Shown one piece after another: positions 49,250 through 64,000 of a stretch of 64,000 nucleotides of DNA. Made by a program: the position numbers and the translations under genes. The stretch's first letter is position 1; the number at the start of each line of letters is the position of its first letter. The notes under the pieces were generated by a model that was not told the origin of the DNA, did no database searches, and worked only from the letters and a program-made list of their open reading frames with translations. This DNA comes from the human T2T-CHM13v2.0 reference genome, Homo sapiens: assembly GCF_009914755.1 (NCBI RefSeq), contig NC_060936.1; one strand, given 5' to 3'.

Positions 49250-49531
49250 TTTTTTTTTTTTTTTTTTTTTGAGGCTGGAGTGCAGTGGCGCGATCTCGGC
49301 TCACTGCAAGCTCCGTCTTGCCGCTTCGCGCCATTCTTCCGCCTCAGCCTGCCGGGTAGCTGGAACTACAGGCGCCCGCCACCACGCCCGGCTAATTTTG
49401 TTTTTGTGTTTTTAGTAGAGATGGGGTTTCACCGTGTTAGCCAGGATGGTCTCGATCTCTTGACCTCGTGATCCGCCTGCCTTGGCCTCCCAAAGTGCTG
49501 GGATTACAGGCGTGAGCCACTGCGCCCAGAC
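49250..49531 (-). mobile_element. AluY-like
   Basis: CACCGTGTTAGCCAGGATGG; CpG-rich. Confidence 0.9.
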
Positions 49532-49720
49532 GAGTTTTGGATGTTTTTACCTAGTCCAAAGGTGTGATCTCCAAAGTTATCAGAAACCTGTATTTAAGAC
49601 TACTTGTCAAGGTCCCTTTCATGAATTTCCTTGAATACACAGCACTTCAGGATTTGCAAAAGGCTTTTAGAAAAAAAAATCAGAATAAAGCAATTTACTG
49701 CATATACCATGACATATCAG

Positions 49721-50435
49721 CCTTTTATTTTTATTTTCACTTTTTATTTTTGGAGTAATGTGGAACTTTTTAATTTGGAAGGCAAAAGGTTACACTTAAT
49801 TGAAGGCAGAAGTCAGGTTAATAAATGTTACAAAGTTGTTCTGACAGAGAGAGGGAACTTCTCTGGGCTCTCCTCCACACCAAATCAGTTGGTAGTAAGC
49901 ACAAATTTGAAGAAAATTCATGTGTCAAACAAGCTGCCATCTCAAGAACTCTTAACTCTTATCCAGGAAAATCAAAGTGAGCATTGTTCCAGTCTCTTAC
50001 TCTTCAATTAAGTAAATGGGAATGATTCAGCCAACAAAGTTCATGACGATAAGGTACAAGATGGTGCTAGCAAAGAGAAAGAAGCAAAGTCTCACTCCAA
50101 GGAGATGCTTTCGAAGTCCACTTTGTTCTGTGGGTTCACCTGTATTCTCAGGCAAACTACTAGGATGAAACTCCCCACCCAAGATGTGAAACCCAAGAGG
50201 AAAGAGTTGAAGGGGAAGGTCCCCATGAGAAGACAGTAAGTAAACTGCAGCGCCCTAGTCAGCAGTTTATACAGCAGGTATATATCCAGCAACTTCAGAC
50301 ACTGCAGAGTAGAGCTAAGTACTCTTCTAAGAACCATCGGGTGCCTGACACTACCAACGCTGACATGAATGGATGCAAGGTAACCGGCCAGTGCTCCCTA
50401 GGCTCATAGAGGACCCAACAACCACACTGGATGTC
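49721..50435 (-). pseudogene. DAD1P1: DAD1 processed pseudogene, apparently full length (5'UTR, CDS-homologous 50366-50027, 3'UTR, poly(A) remnant)
   Basis: Translation matches DAD1 ([31 protein letters not shown]...CLRIQ.NPQNK.DF). Intronless, with two 1-nt deletions and a premature TGA at 50094-50092. ATTAAA at 49774-49769, decayed A tail, candidate TSD CATATCAG at 49713-49720 and 50436-50443. The symbol is from recall. Confidence 0.92.
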
Positions 50436-51766
50436 CATATCAGATTTTTAGGAATCTCATACAATGTTGGAACACATATTAACAACATATCCATATAAAT
50501 ATAACTCAAAGAAAGTGTAACACCATTTCTTATTTAACAACACTTCCTGTATGATTTTAACATACCAAATAAGCCTCATGTCTCTCTTGGACTTCCAGGG
50601 GTCCTATTTATTATTAATAATATATGTTAATGTATTATAGTATTATGTTCAAGTTAGTTAAGGGCAAAAATACTTAATTTTAGAATATGAAATTTGATTT
50701 TCAGAAGTATATCATATATCAAAAGTTTAAAACCCTTGCTATCAAAATAAAGATTTAAGACCTATGTTCAAAATAGAATCACAAGTCACTGTGACCTGAT
50801 CGAGGACCTGGGAACTGACTGGTTTCCTAACACATTCCTGTCCTGTGTACTTCTCTGGAAAGTCTTCCTGTATCCCCAAGAGCACAAGTTTTGCATGGTA
50901 GAGATGCTAGTTTAACATTGCATGTAATAGACTAGTTATGACACTTGATTATTACCCTGCTTGTTTATGTGTCAGCCTCCAACTGTCTAGGCAGTGACTT
51001 CATTCTCTTTGGGTTTCCAGTGCTTAGTACACAGTCAGATAAATGTGTGAGCCTCGATAAATATCTACTCAATAAATTGATTGAATATATTAATCTACCA
51101 TGTTTTTGCTTAAATTAAAAATTGATCAATGGGCTGATATATTTTATAACACATGCATACACACATAAGTAGAGACAGAAAGAGAGACAGAGCAGAAAAT
51201 AGATACCAGCATAAAGTCAATTGTGTTAGGCACAAAAGAACCAAATTAGATTTTAAATATGGCTATTTATTCAGGCTACTTACTGAACTGCCTTTATCTG
51301 TCTATGAGATACTTTGCCTTTTCTCCTAACTTCCTCGCATTTCTGGATAGACAGTGAAATGTCCGCAGGACTTTTCCCAAATCTTATTAAGCCATGAGTT
51401 CTGAGCTCATTAGAAGATTTTGTTTTAAGCTGTAGCTCCATTGTCCAGCTGGGTGTAAGTTCTAGCTTTATTGTCAGATAGACAATTATGTAGTATCTAG
51501 TAGATAAAGCTTGGGTAAACCACCTAATGTCTCTAAACCCCACTTTAATGTCCCTGAACCTCAGCCTCCTCCCCTGTAGGAGTCAAAAGGAAATGCAAAC
51601 TACTGAACAGAATATGTCATGGTTATTTGTTCTAACATAAGGTTATCAAGCTTATAGGTAGACCCTATAATATACCAGTAAATCACATAGACTCTGGAGT
51701 GACATTGGCAGATTTAATTCCAGCAATACCACTTACTAGCTTTGCAAGGTTTGTCTAATTACTTAC

Positions 51767-52120
51767 TGATATGGGTTAGCTATGTCTCCACACAAATCTC
51801 ATCTTGAATTGTAGCTCCACGTGTTGTGGGAGGGACCCAATGGAAGATAACTGAATCATGGGGGCGGTTTCCCCCATATAGTTTCTGTGGTAGTGAATAA
51901 TTGTCTCATGTTACCTGATGGTTTTATAAGGGGAAACCCCTTTCGCTTGGTTCTCATTTTCTGTCTTGCCACCACCAGGTAAGAAGTGCCTTTTGCCTTC
52001 TGCCATGATTGTGAGGCCTCCCAGCCATGTGGAAATGTGAGTCCATTAAACCTCTTTTTCTGTATAAATTACCCTGTCTTGGGTATGTCTTTATTAGCAG
52101 CATAAAAATGGACTAATACA
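51767..52120 (+). mobile_element. THE1 solo LTR (MaLR)
   Basis: TGATATGG...GGACTAATACA with perfect 5-bp TSD CTTAC. Confidence 0.92.
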
Positions 52121-52559
52121 CTTACCCTCTCTGTGCTTCCATTTCTCTATCTGTAAAATAATATTAATAATAGAGTTTTATGAGAACTAAATGAGATAAA
52201 TCATGTAAAGCCTATTTCAGCATCCAGGAAGATCTCAATCTGTGTCAGTTATAATTGTTAAGTTGAAGATTCATATTGAGTCTTTAGACCTTGTGAGGTA
52301 ATATGGCATGTTTGGAAGCTGCGTTATTTATAATTTTAGAGAGAAGAATGAATCCACAGGAACTCCACCTCTCTGCAAACCGCACTCTGTGGCATGGCTT
52401 AATTAGAGGCCTGCTGCAGGGCTGAGAAGTAATGCTTGACCTTAGATGCTCCATAAATCCTCTTGGCAAACTGACCACTCCAGATTTTTATTTTTATTTT
52501 CATTTTTTATTTTTGGGGTAGCATATTTTATTTTTGGAGTGTTTCTACCACTATACTAA

Positions 52560-53380
52560 GAGGGGCTGTTTCCCGAAAAACTCTCAAACCATTTTTCCTC
52601 TGCTCTCACACAAAAACAATCAACACGGAAGACTTCTGGACCCCAAAATATATAGGGATTTCTCCCCAGCAGGAAGCAAGCAATCAGTTCTGCAGTGGAC
52701 ACAAGCTAGGTGTCCTCCAATTCAGCTCCAACACTGTCTACCCAGAGATAGCATCAGATCCACAAGTTGAGGGCTCAGTCCCACAAGAGCACCCCGTCCT
52801 TCCAACCAGTCATAAGTTCAGGTCTCTGGAACTGCTGACCAACAGGTTTCAAGTTGGGGTTGCCATGACCCCCTCTTCGGGTTTGATTAATTTGCTAGCG
52901 TGGTTCACAGAACTGAGGAAGACACTTACATCTACCAGTTTATCACTCAGGATATTTTTTAAAATACAAATAAAAGCCAATGAAGAGATACAAGGTCCAA
53001 GTCTGGAAGGGTTCTGAGCACAGGAGCTTTTGTCCTCGTGGAGTTGGGATGTGCCACCCTCCCAGCATGTGAATGAATTTTTGCTTACCTTCCCGTGACC
53101 CTCCACGTGTTCAGCACAGGAGGCTCACGGGAAGGTAAAAAACACTTCTTAGAAGCTCCCCAGTCCATTCCCTTTGGATTTTCATGGAGGCTTCATTACA
53201 TAGGCATGACTGATTAAACCACTGGCCATTGGTGATCAACTTGACCAGCCCCACTCTGAAGCTATCAGTCAACACTAACATACAAAAAGACAGCACTTTG
53301 GAGATTCCAAGGATTTTTAGTACTTGTATGCCAGGAAACAGGAACAAAGACCACATATATGTATTTCACAATATCACAGG
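52560..53380 (-). mobile_element. MER21-like LTR
   Basis: Reverse-complement similarity to the MER21-like element at 22.0-22.35 kb (the spurious ORFs KLIKPEEGVM.TPT recur in both). Confidence 0.65.
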
Positions 53381-54564
53381 GACACTGGCTTTTTTTAGGC
53401 CTTTCCTCAGATCGCTAGAGCAGCATACAGGAAAACCAGTTTTCCACTAGGGTTCCTTAGATGTTCAGACTTGGTGTGATCCTCCAGTGAGTTAAAACAT
53501 ACCTCCTCCAAAAGTCTGATTCATTTATCTCTCTACTTAGAAAAAACTGCTATGGAAACTCTTTTTCACCAATGATGATGACATACATTTTTCCCAGTAA
53601 TGTAAGCCCAATATATGCCAGTCTCAATTTACAAGACAGATACATCATAGGATCTTTGATACACATACCTAGGAAGATCTTTGAATTACTTAATAAAACA
53701 TTCAGGAATATTCCCTCCACCCCAGAGCTGACAAGGAACAACAGTTATAGAAAAATAGTTGTAGAGGCAGTGAATATTTAAGATGGGTTGGTACCTTTTG
53801 TTTTAATAGCTTCCATTAGTCACAACTTGATAAACTGTAACATTCCTTTCTAAATCTGCTTCCTGCTCCTTCCTCACCTCTGTCATTTTCTGCAGCAGAA
53901 TATGTAGTACACATTGGCTCTATAAATTGCCAGGTGCACATCAAAGGAAAGCATGAAAAAAATAGTAATGAAAAAGTAAACCTCCCAAAGGACTTCGTCG
54001 TTAGATAAGAAAACTAGCACACATGTGCACACATACACACATACACACACACATACACACTTTAATGAAAGAACTAGGGGTCCTGATAAGCTGGCACATA
54101 AACCTGTTGTTCCCATCAAATGAATAATCAAAGATTTGAGAGTTAATTTGAGTGACTGTGTCAGTATTATTCCAACAAAGACATGAGCACACACGCAAAC
54201 ACAAGATTGTTCCTTTTTTTTGAGACAGACTCTCATTACATTGTCCAGGCTGGAGTCCAGTGGCTATTGATAGACGTGATCATAGCGTACTACAGCCTTG
54301 AACTCCTAGGCTCAAGCGATCCACCTGCCTCAGTCCCCCAAGTAGCTGGGACTACAGGCATGTGCCACCTTGCCCAGCTACAAGATGGTTTTTACCTGAA
54401 GAGTTAATATGATCCGTAATAATAACCACCCACTGTATGACTCATCCTACATCCGGCCCCTAGTTTCACACATATTTCACCATATTTTTCATACTTAAAA
54501 CAACCCTATAAGGTAGATATCATCATTATTATAGCAACCCATTTTACATATGAGAAAATTGGAA

Positions 54565-55372
<808 letters not shown>

Positions 55373-55471
55373 AGGAGTAGACTGAGAAGCCTTGGTCAAC
55401 TGTGCAGAAGCAGAGGACGGGGCTGTCACTGAGCAAGGGACATGAAGCATTCAAGTGTGTGTATATATATA

Positions 55472-55759
55472 TTTTAGACAGGGTCTCTCTCTGTCACCCA
55501 GGCTCCCAGGCTGGAGTGCAGTGGCACAATCTCAGATCACTGCAACCTCTGCCTCCCAGGATTCTCCTGCCTCAACCTCCTGAGTAGCTGGGACTACAGG
55601 CGTGCACCACCATGCCTGGCTAATTTTTTGTTTGTTTTTTGTAGAGTTGAGGTTTTGCCATGTTGCCCAGCCTGGTCTCAAACTCCTGAGCCCAAGCGAT
55701 CCTCCCACCTCGGCTTCCCATAGTGCTGGAATTACAGGCATAAGCCACCATGCCCGGCC
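55472..55759 (-). mobile_element. Alu (J-type)
   Basis: Reverse dimer. Confidence 0.88.
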
Positions 55760-57067
55760 TTCAAGTATATTTCTTATGCTCAAATCAGAGAGAACCAAAC
55801 TGAGTATCAAGAAGATTGATTGCCTTGACCAAAGTAACACACCTGTCTGCAGAGGGAGAGCTGGTACTAGAACCCAGGTCTTCAGACCACACAGGGCAAT
55901 TAACAAATATCAGAGTGAAAAGCAGAATCTGCTCAGTCCATCCCCTTCTCTGCCATTAGTGAAGATACTGATCAATTAATTTAATTTTTATTCATACACT
56001 ATAAGGATTTATTAAAAATCAAACAAAACAAAACAATACAAGTTGATTTTTCACAGGTGGCTTTTTAATCTGCATGATGGCATAATTACAGCACTAGACA
56101 TTTTCAACCGATTATGTCGATAATATACATTCTCGTTTCCTCCCTTTTTTTCCCCTCAGCTTTCTGACCCATCCTCCCTTTTCTAGAGTGAGAAGACCAT
56201 AAATTACCAATGATTTATTGAAAAATACTGCCTTTGAGTAATTCTTAGTAACTTGTAAGAAAATAACAGTAACAAATTATAATGAGAGGAGGGAGAGAAA
56301 GAGAACCCCTTCTTTACACAAGAATGCTACTCAATGCCAAGAATGATATAATTAGATCAGTTAATGCTAAAGTCATCAGAAGAAAGGTTGTCAGAGAATG
56401 GGATATTTACACAGTCTCAAAGTCTTGTGCCACAAATTACATATTAATTTAAAAGGAGAAAATGTCCCTTTACAAGAGTGAGAAATGGTGGCGACCACCT
56501 TCACCAGCTAATCAAACTTAACATGACTAATGCAGGAACCAATGCATATCATGTGTCTTTGATGCAGGGCAATTAGGAGTACACAACCTCACTTCAGTGT
56601 TATTCTTGCCAAGAATTAGAGCCTGGCTCTAATCATGAAGATAAAATTAGAGAAATTCAGGATGTGAAATAGCCAATGAGCCTGAATTATTCAAAACAAT
56701 GTCATTAAAAAAAATAGCAGCAAAAACACACAAATATTGATCCGTATTAAAAGAAACATAACTATAAAGAGTAATATGTAAACAAAACAAACACATTTTG
56801 AGGTCAGCTAGGGAAAATTATATATGAACCAGATATGACATGATCTCTCTGAATTAATACTAATCTTCTTAGGTGTGCTATGTAGGAGAATGTCCCATAT
56901 GAAGTATTTAGATAGGAAATATCACAACCATAATTTATTTTCATATGATTCAGTACTTGGGAGAAAGAGAAAGCATATAGAAAGGTTAACCATTGGGTGA
57001 ATCCGTTGATAAATGACGGATTCAAAAACAGTTGTTTTTTGAAACAGTAGTTCTTTCATCTCTACAG

Positions 57068-57583
57068 AGTGATGGTTAATTTCATGTGTCTGCTTGGCTA
57101 AGCTATAGTGCCCAATTGCTTAGACAACACAAGTTCAAATGTTGCTGTGAAAGTATTTTTTAGATGTGATTACCATTTAAATCAGCAGACTTTGAGTAAA
57201 GCAGATTGCCCTCAATGTGGGAGGGCTTCATCCAATTAGTTGAAGGCCTTAACAGCAAAAAAGACGGAGGTTTCCTGAAGAAGGAATTTGGCCTCAGGAC
57301 TGCAATTGCAATAGATACTGTACCTGACCTGCCCTGCAAATTTCAGACTCACGACTGCAACATCAACTCTTACCAGAATTTCCAGCTGACCAACTTGCCC
57401 TATGGATTTCAGACTTGCCAGCTCCCACAATCACATGAACCAATTCCTTAAAATAAATCTCTCTCTCTCGATCTCTTGATAGATAGATAGAAAGATTATA
57501 GATATAGATATAGATAAAGATATAAATATAGATATAGATATGCCCTATTGGTTCTGTTTCCCTGGAGAACCCTGCCTAACACA
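57068..57583 (+). mobile_element. MLT2-like ERVL LTR
   Basis: GTGATGGTTAATTT...CCTATTGGTTCTGTTTCCCTGGAGAACCCTG.CTAACACA with an internal microsatellite. Confidence 0.75.
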
Positions 57584-57617
57584 ATAGGTTTGGAAATTGC
57601 TAAATAAAAAATTGCAG

Positions 57618-59018
57618 CTCCCCCTCCCCCTCTCCCTCTCCCCACGGTCTCCCTCTCCCTCTCTTTCCACGGTCTCCCTCTGATGCCAAGCCGAAGCTGG
57701 ACTGTACTGCTGCCATCTCTGCTCACTGCAACCTCCCTGCCTGATTGTCCTGCCTCAGCCTGCCGAGTGCCTGTGATTGCAGGCGCGCGCCACCATGCCT
57801 GACTGGTTTTCGTATTTTTTTGGTGGAGACGGGGTTTCGCTGTGTTGGCCGGGCTGGTCTCCAGCTCCTAACCGGGAGTGATCTGCCAGCCTCGGCCTCC
57901 CGAGGTGCCGGGATTGCAGACGGAGTCTCGTTCACTCAGTGCTCAATGTTGCCCAAGCTGGAGTGTAGTGGCGTGATCTCGGCTCGCTACAACCTCCACC
58001 TCCCAGCCGCCTGCCTTGGCCTCCCAAAGTGCCGAGATTGCAGCCTCTGCCCGGCCGCCACCCCATCTGGGAAGTGAGGAGCTTCTCTGCCTGGCTGCCC
58101 ATCGTCTGGGATGTGAGGAGCCCCTCTGCCTGGCTGCCCAGTCTGGGAAGTGAGGAGCGCCTCTTCCCGGCTGCCATCCCGTCTAGGAAGTGAGGAGCGT
58201 CTCTGCCCGGCCGCCCATCGTCTGAGATGTGGGGAGCGCCTCTGCCCTGCTGCCCCGTCTGGGAGGTGAGGAGCGCCTCTGCCCGGCCGCCCCGTCTGAG
58301 AAGTGAGGAGCCCCTCCACCCGGCAGCCGCCCCATCTGAGAAGTAAAGAGCCCCTCCGCCCAGCAGCCACCCCGTCTGGGAAGTTGGGGGCAGCCCCCGC
58401 CTGGCCAGCCGGCCCGTCCGGGAGGGAGGTTGGGGGTGCCTCTGCCAGGCCACCCCTTCTGGGAAGTGAGGAGCCCCTCTGCCCGGCCGCCACCCCGTCT
58501 GGGAGGTGTACCCAACAGCTCATTGAAAACGGGCCATGATGACAATGGCGGTTTTGTGGAATAGAAAAGGGGGAAATGTGGGGAAAAGATAGAGAAATCA
58601 GATTGTTGCTGTGTCTGTGTAGAAAGAAGTAGACATAGGAGACTCCATTTTGTTCTGTACTAAGAAAAATTCTTCTGCCTTGGGATGCTGTTGATCTATG
58701 ACCTTACCCCCAACCCGGTGCTCTCTGAAACATGTGCTGTGTCCACTCAGGGTTAAATGGATTAAGGGCGGTGCAAGATGTGCTTTGTTAAACAGATGCT
58801 TGAAGGCAGCATGCTCTTTAAGAGTCATCACCACTCCCTAATCTCAAGTACCCAGGGACACAAACACTGCGGAAGGCCGCAGGGTCCTCTGCCTAGGAAA
58901 ACCAGAGACCTTTGTTCACTCGTTTATCTGCTGACCTTCCCTCCACTATTGTCCTATGACCCTGCCAAATCCCCCTCTGCGAGAAACACCCAAGAATGAT
59001 CAATTAAAAAAAAAAAAA
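57618..59018 (+). mobile_element. Full-length SVA (B/C-like), antisense to BCAT1
   Basis: CCCTCT hexamers, Alu-like domain, GC-rich VNTR, SINE-R, ATTAAA plus poly(A). TSD AAAAAA(T/C)TGCAG at 57606-57617 and 59013-59024. Confidence 0.95.
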
Positions 59019-59224
59019 CTGCAGACAAATTTTTAAAATCCTCACTTGTATGTTACATGTGGGACAGAATAATTTTAAAAAACACATATAATCTCCAAAC
59101 CCCAGTTCAACTATAAGTTATAATCTTTTCTCCCTGATTAAGATTTGTATTTGAAACAATAGTCATTTGCTTTGAGTTAAATTTCATCTCTTGGATGATA
59201 ATGAAATGAGTAAAAATCAAGTTA

Positions 59225-59395
<171 letters not shown>

Positions 59396-60406
59396 TTATA
59401 AGAGAGAAACAGAAGAATGCAAGGTGATCTACATAGACAAGCTACATAGCAATACTGGAAAAACCTAGAATGTTATTTTTCCTTAAAAATCTACCAGTGA
59501 CTCCAATTAAACATGGTAGACTGAACACATGAATCTTTCTCCACATCTTTTTAGATATTCACTTAAACAAATACCATTGTCTTTTAAAGTTTAAACCATA
59601 AGGGAAAGAGAATGGGAAACATGATAATGAGTGACATTAACACATTTTGGAAGGTAGAAAGCTGACAGTAGAGAAGGAACTAACTCTGTAGATTAGAAAG
59701 AACTGAAACTGTATTGCACAAAGAAGGAGATACTGATGAGAAGCCACCTTTCCCTCATCTCAGAAAGTCTCAGAATAGAGAATCCAGGTGTTTCCAAAGG
59801 TGAGGCTGAAAACAGGGACTTTTGATGCAAATCTATATAACCATTCATTGAATGACCTTGACTTGGGAGAGTACAACCAGAAATAGTTTTATTTTTCTCT
59901 CATTACTGCCCTTCACACCCACTTTCAAAAATCTACCATCCCTATCTGGAGAAGATCACACTGATCCTATTGAGTTTCCAGTCACTTTTAAGTATTAGGA
60001 AAATCTTGCTGCAAGTACTTAAAAGACCGGTATGATCTGTAATAAAACTTTGACCTCACATTGCATTCAATGCTTTACTGTCTGAGCAGCCACCACCACC
60101 AGCCCCCAGCAAGCTGAGGTTGTTAACATCTGTAAAAGAAAACAAAATTCTTAAAACTCTCTAAAATTATTTATTATGCCAAGGGAGAAGTTAAGTACTG
60201 GAAACTGAGTCACATAGCATGTTTGCAATTCTGCTTCTTAGGTTATAGATTCACTCTCTTCTCATCGTTCTAGTTCTGTAAATGACTAGGAGAGACCAGA
60301 GACCAGACCTTCCCCCTTCACTGATCTTTGTTATGGATTAATGGATTAACTGCCTCCTTTATTGTCCTGTACCTAACTCACACCAGTTGGCACAAAAGAC
60401 CCCATG

Positions 60407-60723
60407 GGATGAGCACAGTAGCCCATGCCTGTAATCCAGGCACTTTGGGAGGCTGAGGCAGGAGAATTGTTTGAGTCCAGGAGTTTGAGACCAGCCTGGG
60501 CAAAAGGGGGATCTGGTCTCTATAAGAAATAAAAAATAAATTAGCCGGGTGTGGTGGCACATGACTGTGGTCCCAGCTAGTCGGGAGACTGAGGTGGTAG
60601 GATCACTTGAGCCCACAAAATCGAAGCTGCAGCGAGCTGTGATTGTGCCATGCCAGCCTGCAATACAGAGCGAGACAGTCTCAAAAAAAAAAAAAAAAAA
60701 ACCAAGAAAAACGAAAATACAAA
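60407..60723 (+). mobile_element. Alu (J-type)
   Basis: Dimer, TSD ending CCCATG. Confidence 0.9.
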
Positions 60724-60755
60724 CCCATGACTGTTACACCTTCAGTGTGAAATGT

Positions 60756-61112
<357 letters not shown>

Positions 61113-61420
61113 GTGAAATGTTAAATATGCCTTTCTCAAATGAAAGTGACCACCTTGACTAATCAGATCATTGTAACTAGGCATTAAGCCTTACACAGAA
61201 AGATGTTGAAATTCTGTTAAGCTTCCCTAAACTCTCTCTCTATAAACAATCCCAAACTTCTAAAGTTCAGAACGCTGACTTCCATTCTTTGGGATCCGTG
61301 TTTCCCTAGCACTGTCCTTAAACTTTGCACTTGAATAAAGTATCTTTAAACTAGATTCTGACCCTTTTGATTATTTTAGGTTGGCACATCCAACAGAAAT
61401 GGGGTTCCTGTTTTTTCAGC

Positions 61421-62015
61421 ATTGGAGCTCAGGACGCACCATCCCAAAATATGACCAGAATATGCCACATCAGGATATGCTTATTTGATGTATTTCCAGT
61501 TAGTTATTCTGAGACACTGTAGACACAGGAGTAGCTCTGAAAAACTGTCTTTTTGTAAACAAAATTTATATCTATAAAGAAAAAAACTTTGATAAGAATC
61601 TCATCAACCAGGGAAGATTTTATCACCAGGGAGAAGATTGGACAGGTAGACCTTGTCACAGGCTATTACCTATTCTTCTGATGGGGGACTCTGAGACAAC
61701 TTTTATCACCTGAGAGACTTTTTATCTGCATAACAAGACAACCTATGCTCGCTATACACTTCCTCTCCTCACCCTCTTATAACCTGTCACCACCTCCCCT
61801 CAATAAGCCCCAAGCCCTGATTCCTTTTCTGTAGCTCAGGAATACTATATAAACTTCAATCATCTGGCCTTTCTTTGAGTCTCATATTTTATGGGACTCC
61901 CATGTGTACGCACAAAATAAATTTATGTCTTTTCTCCTATTTATCTTTCTACTGTCAGTTTACTTCATAAACTCAGTTATGAAAAGGGTAAAGAAAGTTT
62001 TCTCTCTCCCACATC
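61421..62015 (+). mobile_element. MER34-like LTR
   Basis: TTGGAGCTCAGGA...CCCAAAATATGAC start, TATATAAA and AATAAA elements. Confidence 0.5.
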
Positions 62016-62903
62016 ACTTTCCTCTCCATTCTCCAGCTGCTGTTTCCAGGACCCACGGGGTTAAGTGTGGACCATGAATTAGAGGAAATGGTTAAAAATC
62101 TCATTTGTCTGTGACCATTATAATCTGGCACTGGGGGCCCTCTCCTATGGCAAATGCCCAAATTCTGGCTTTCTATTGCATCATGGTCACTTACGGATTC
62201 TTCACAACCTCCCCTCCCCCTTGTCCTCACCTCCTGTGGAGACCACTGCCTTGCACAGCCCCACTGCAATGATGCACATTCTGTCTCACCTCTAAGGATT
62301 CTCCTTCAACCCCAGCTCTGGCATTATTCCCTACACAGCCTCTGACCCCTGGGGTCTCCTTGCCCCAGCAAGTAGCCTTCTTAGACAGTGTCCTTTTGAG
62401 GTGTTTCTATGACACCTTTCCTCAGAGTTCACATAGTTCATGACGTCTTTGCTCTACTAAACTCTGGAACTGCAAACTGCACCCACTGAAGACCCCTCTC
62501 TTGACTCTAACCACAGGCAGCACCAGCCAGCCTTGACTGTCCCAGGGCAGAGCTGACACTGCTATGTTCCGTACACCAGTGGCACAAGTCAAGTGTTCGC
62601 AAGCTACAGATCCTCTAGGCAAAGCATTTCTCACTTAATTTTTAGTGAATGCCCTGTTGGGGGAATGGGAGAATCACTTTTTTACCTCTTCCAGGGTAAA
62701 GAAGTTTCCAGAAATGCCAAGCTCTCCTTGCTTGGCTGACAATTTTTTATTTCCAAATAATCTTATTTCCTTTCTGTTCAATTTCCAGCCTTCTATTAAA
62801 TATAAATTGGAGATAAGTTAGAGGCTAAAGCTTGCAGAATTAGTTTAGTCATCCTTTAGAAGGTTCTTTAGATGTGTCAAACGTGTTTGGAATTTGGAGG
62901 TAG

Positions 62904-63253
<350 letters not shown>

Positions 63254-64000
63254 CAGGATGCTATTTTTTTAAAGGATTAATCAGAAGAAATATGAAGAGT
63301 AAAATTTTAAAATTCAGGGGAAAGGCTGAAAGATAACATTGATGAAATCTTTCTCCCACCTCAAAAATTGGACACTAGGAGAGAAAAATTAAATTAGAAG
63401 ATCAAACAAGGAGGTCTAATGTCAAACAAATAGAAGTTTAAGAATGAGAAAAGACGGAAAGCAGAGGAGACGAAATCATCAAAGATATAGGAAAGGAAAA
63501 TTTTCTAGGATGAATGACTAAGGACCCATGTTATGATAAAGCTCCCCAAATTAGCAATAAAAAGAGACGCTGAATACCTCAAGGAACAAAAAACAGGTTA
63601 CACATAAAAAGGACCTGAAATACGAGCCCCTTTGGACTTCTTATCAGTAACACAGGAAACTAGACAACAGAAAAGCAATTCCCTTAAAATTCTGACGAAA
63701 AATCATTTCTAACTTAGGATATTATTCAAAATCAAGTATTAACCTAGAGCAAAAGTAGAACAAAAAGTCAGGCATGTAAGGAATCAAAACATCTACCTCT
63801 GATGCACTCTTTATCTAAAAACAACTAGAGCATACGTGCAACACAAATGAGGAAGTAAAGTAAAAAGGAGAACGCCACACGATTCAGAAAACCGGGGATG
63901 TAACACAGAGAGAGGGTAAAAGATGCCAAGAGGAAGTCTTAGGCAGGCAGCTGTGCAGCTGGCTCAGAGAGAAACCAGCACAAATTAGTGCAAGAATGAG

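Noticed and set aside
51818-51823. CACGTG as the MYC site of BCAT1
   Set aside because: Lies in a THE1 LTR where the motif is consensus-like, far from either promoter.
57723-58999. 110-178-aa ORFs
   Set aside because: Translations of the SVA Alu-like, VNTR and SINE-R domains.

Overview
Primate (human-like) genomic DNA from the BCAT1 (cytosolic branched-chain aminotransferase) locus, transcribed on the minus strand. The window holds four internal coding exons (33871-33942, 26334-26534, 13346-13456, 10574-10693; all phase 0, all GT-AG). It also holds a CpG-island internal promoter with two alternative first coding exons (MASPLRSAAALARQ, and a lone ATG 77 nt from the next exon). The distal first exon and the later exons lie outside the window. 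The rest is intron, dense in Alu, old L1, DNA transposons and ERV LTRs (solo LTR7, MER41, MER61, THE1, LTR9-like, MER21/MLT, MER4-group), plus a full-length SVA and a DAD1 processed pseudogene. The most notable structures are: (i) three mRNA-derived inserts within about 5.4 kb of one ERV, all in BCAT1 sense orientation with poly(A) signals; (ii) several local template-switch scars, including an inverted copy of a MER21/MER41 junction inside an Alu and a fold-back hairpin; (iii) repeated GTCACGTA (HRE-type) motifs around the internal promoter; (iv) stop-free symmetric exons flanked by inverted Alus. Repeat family names come from recalled consensus sequences, not from a search, and repeat boundaries without TSDs are approximate. 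No new protein-coding system could be supported.
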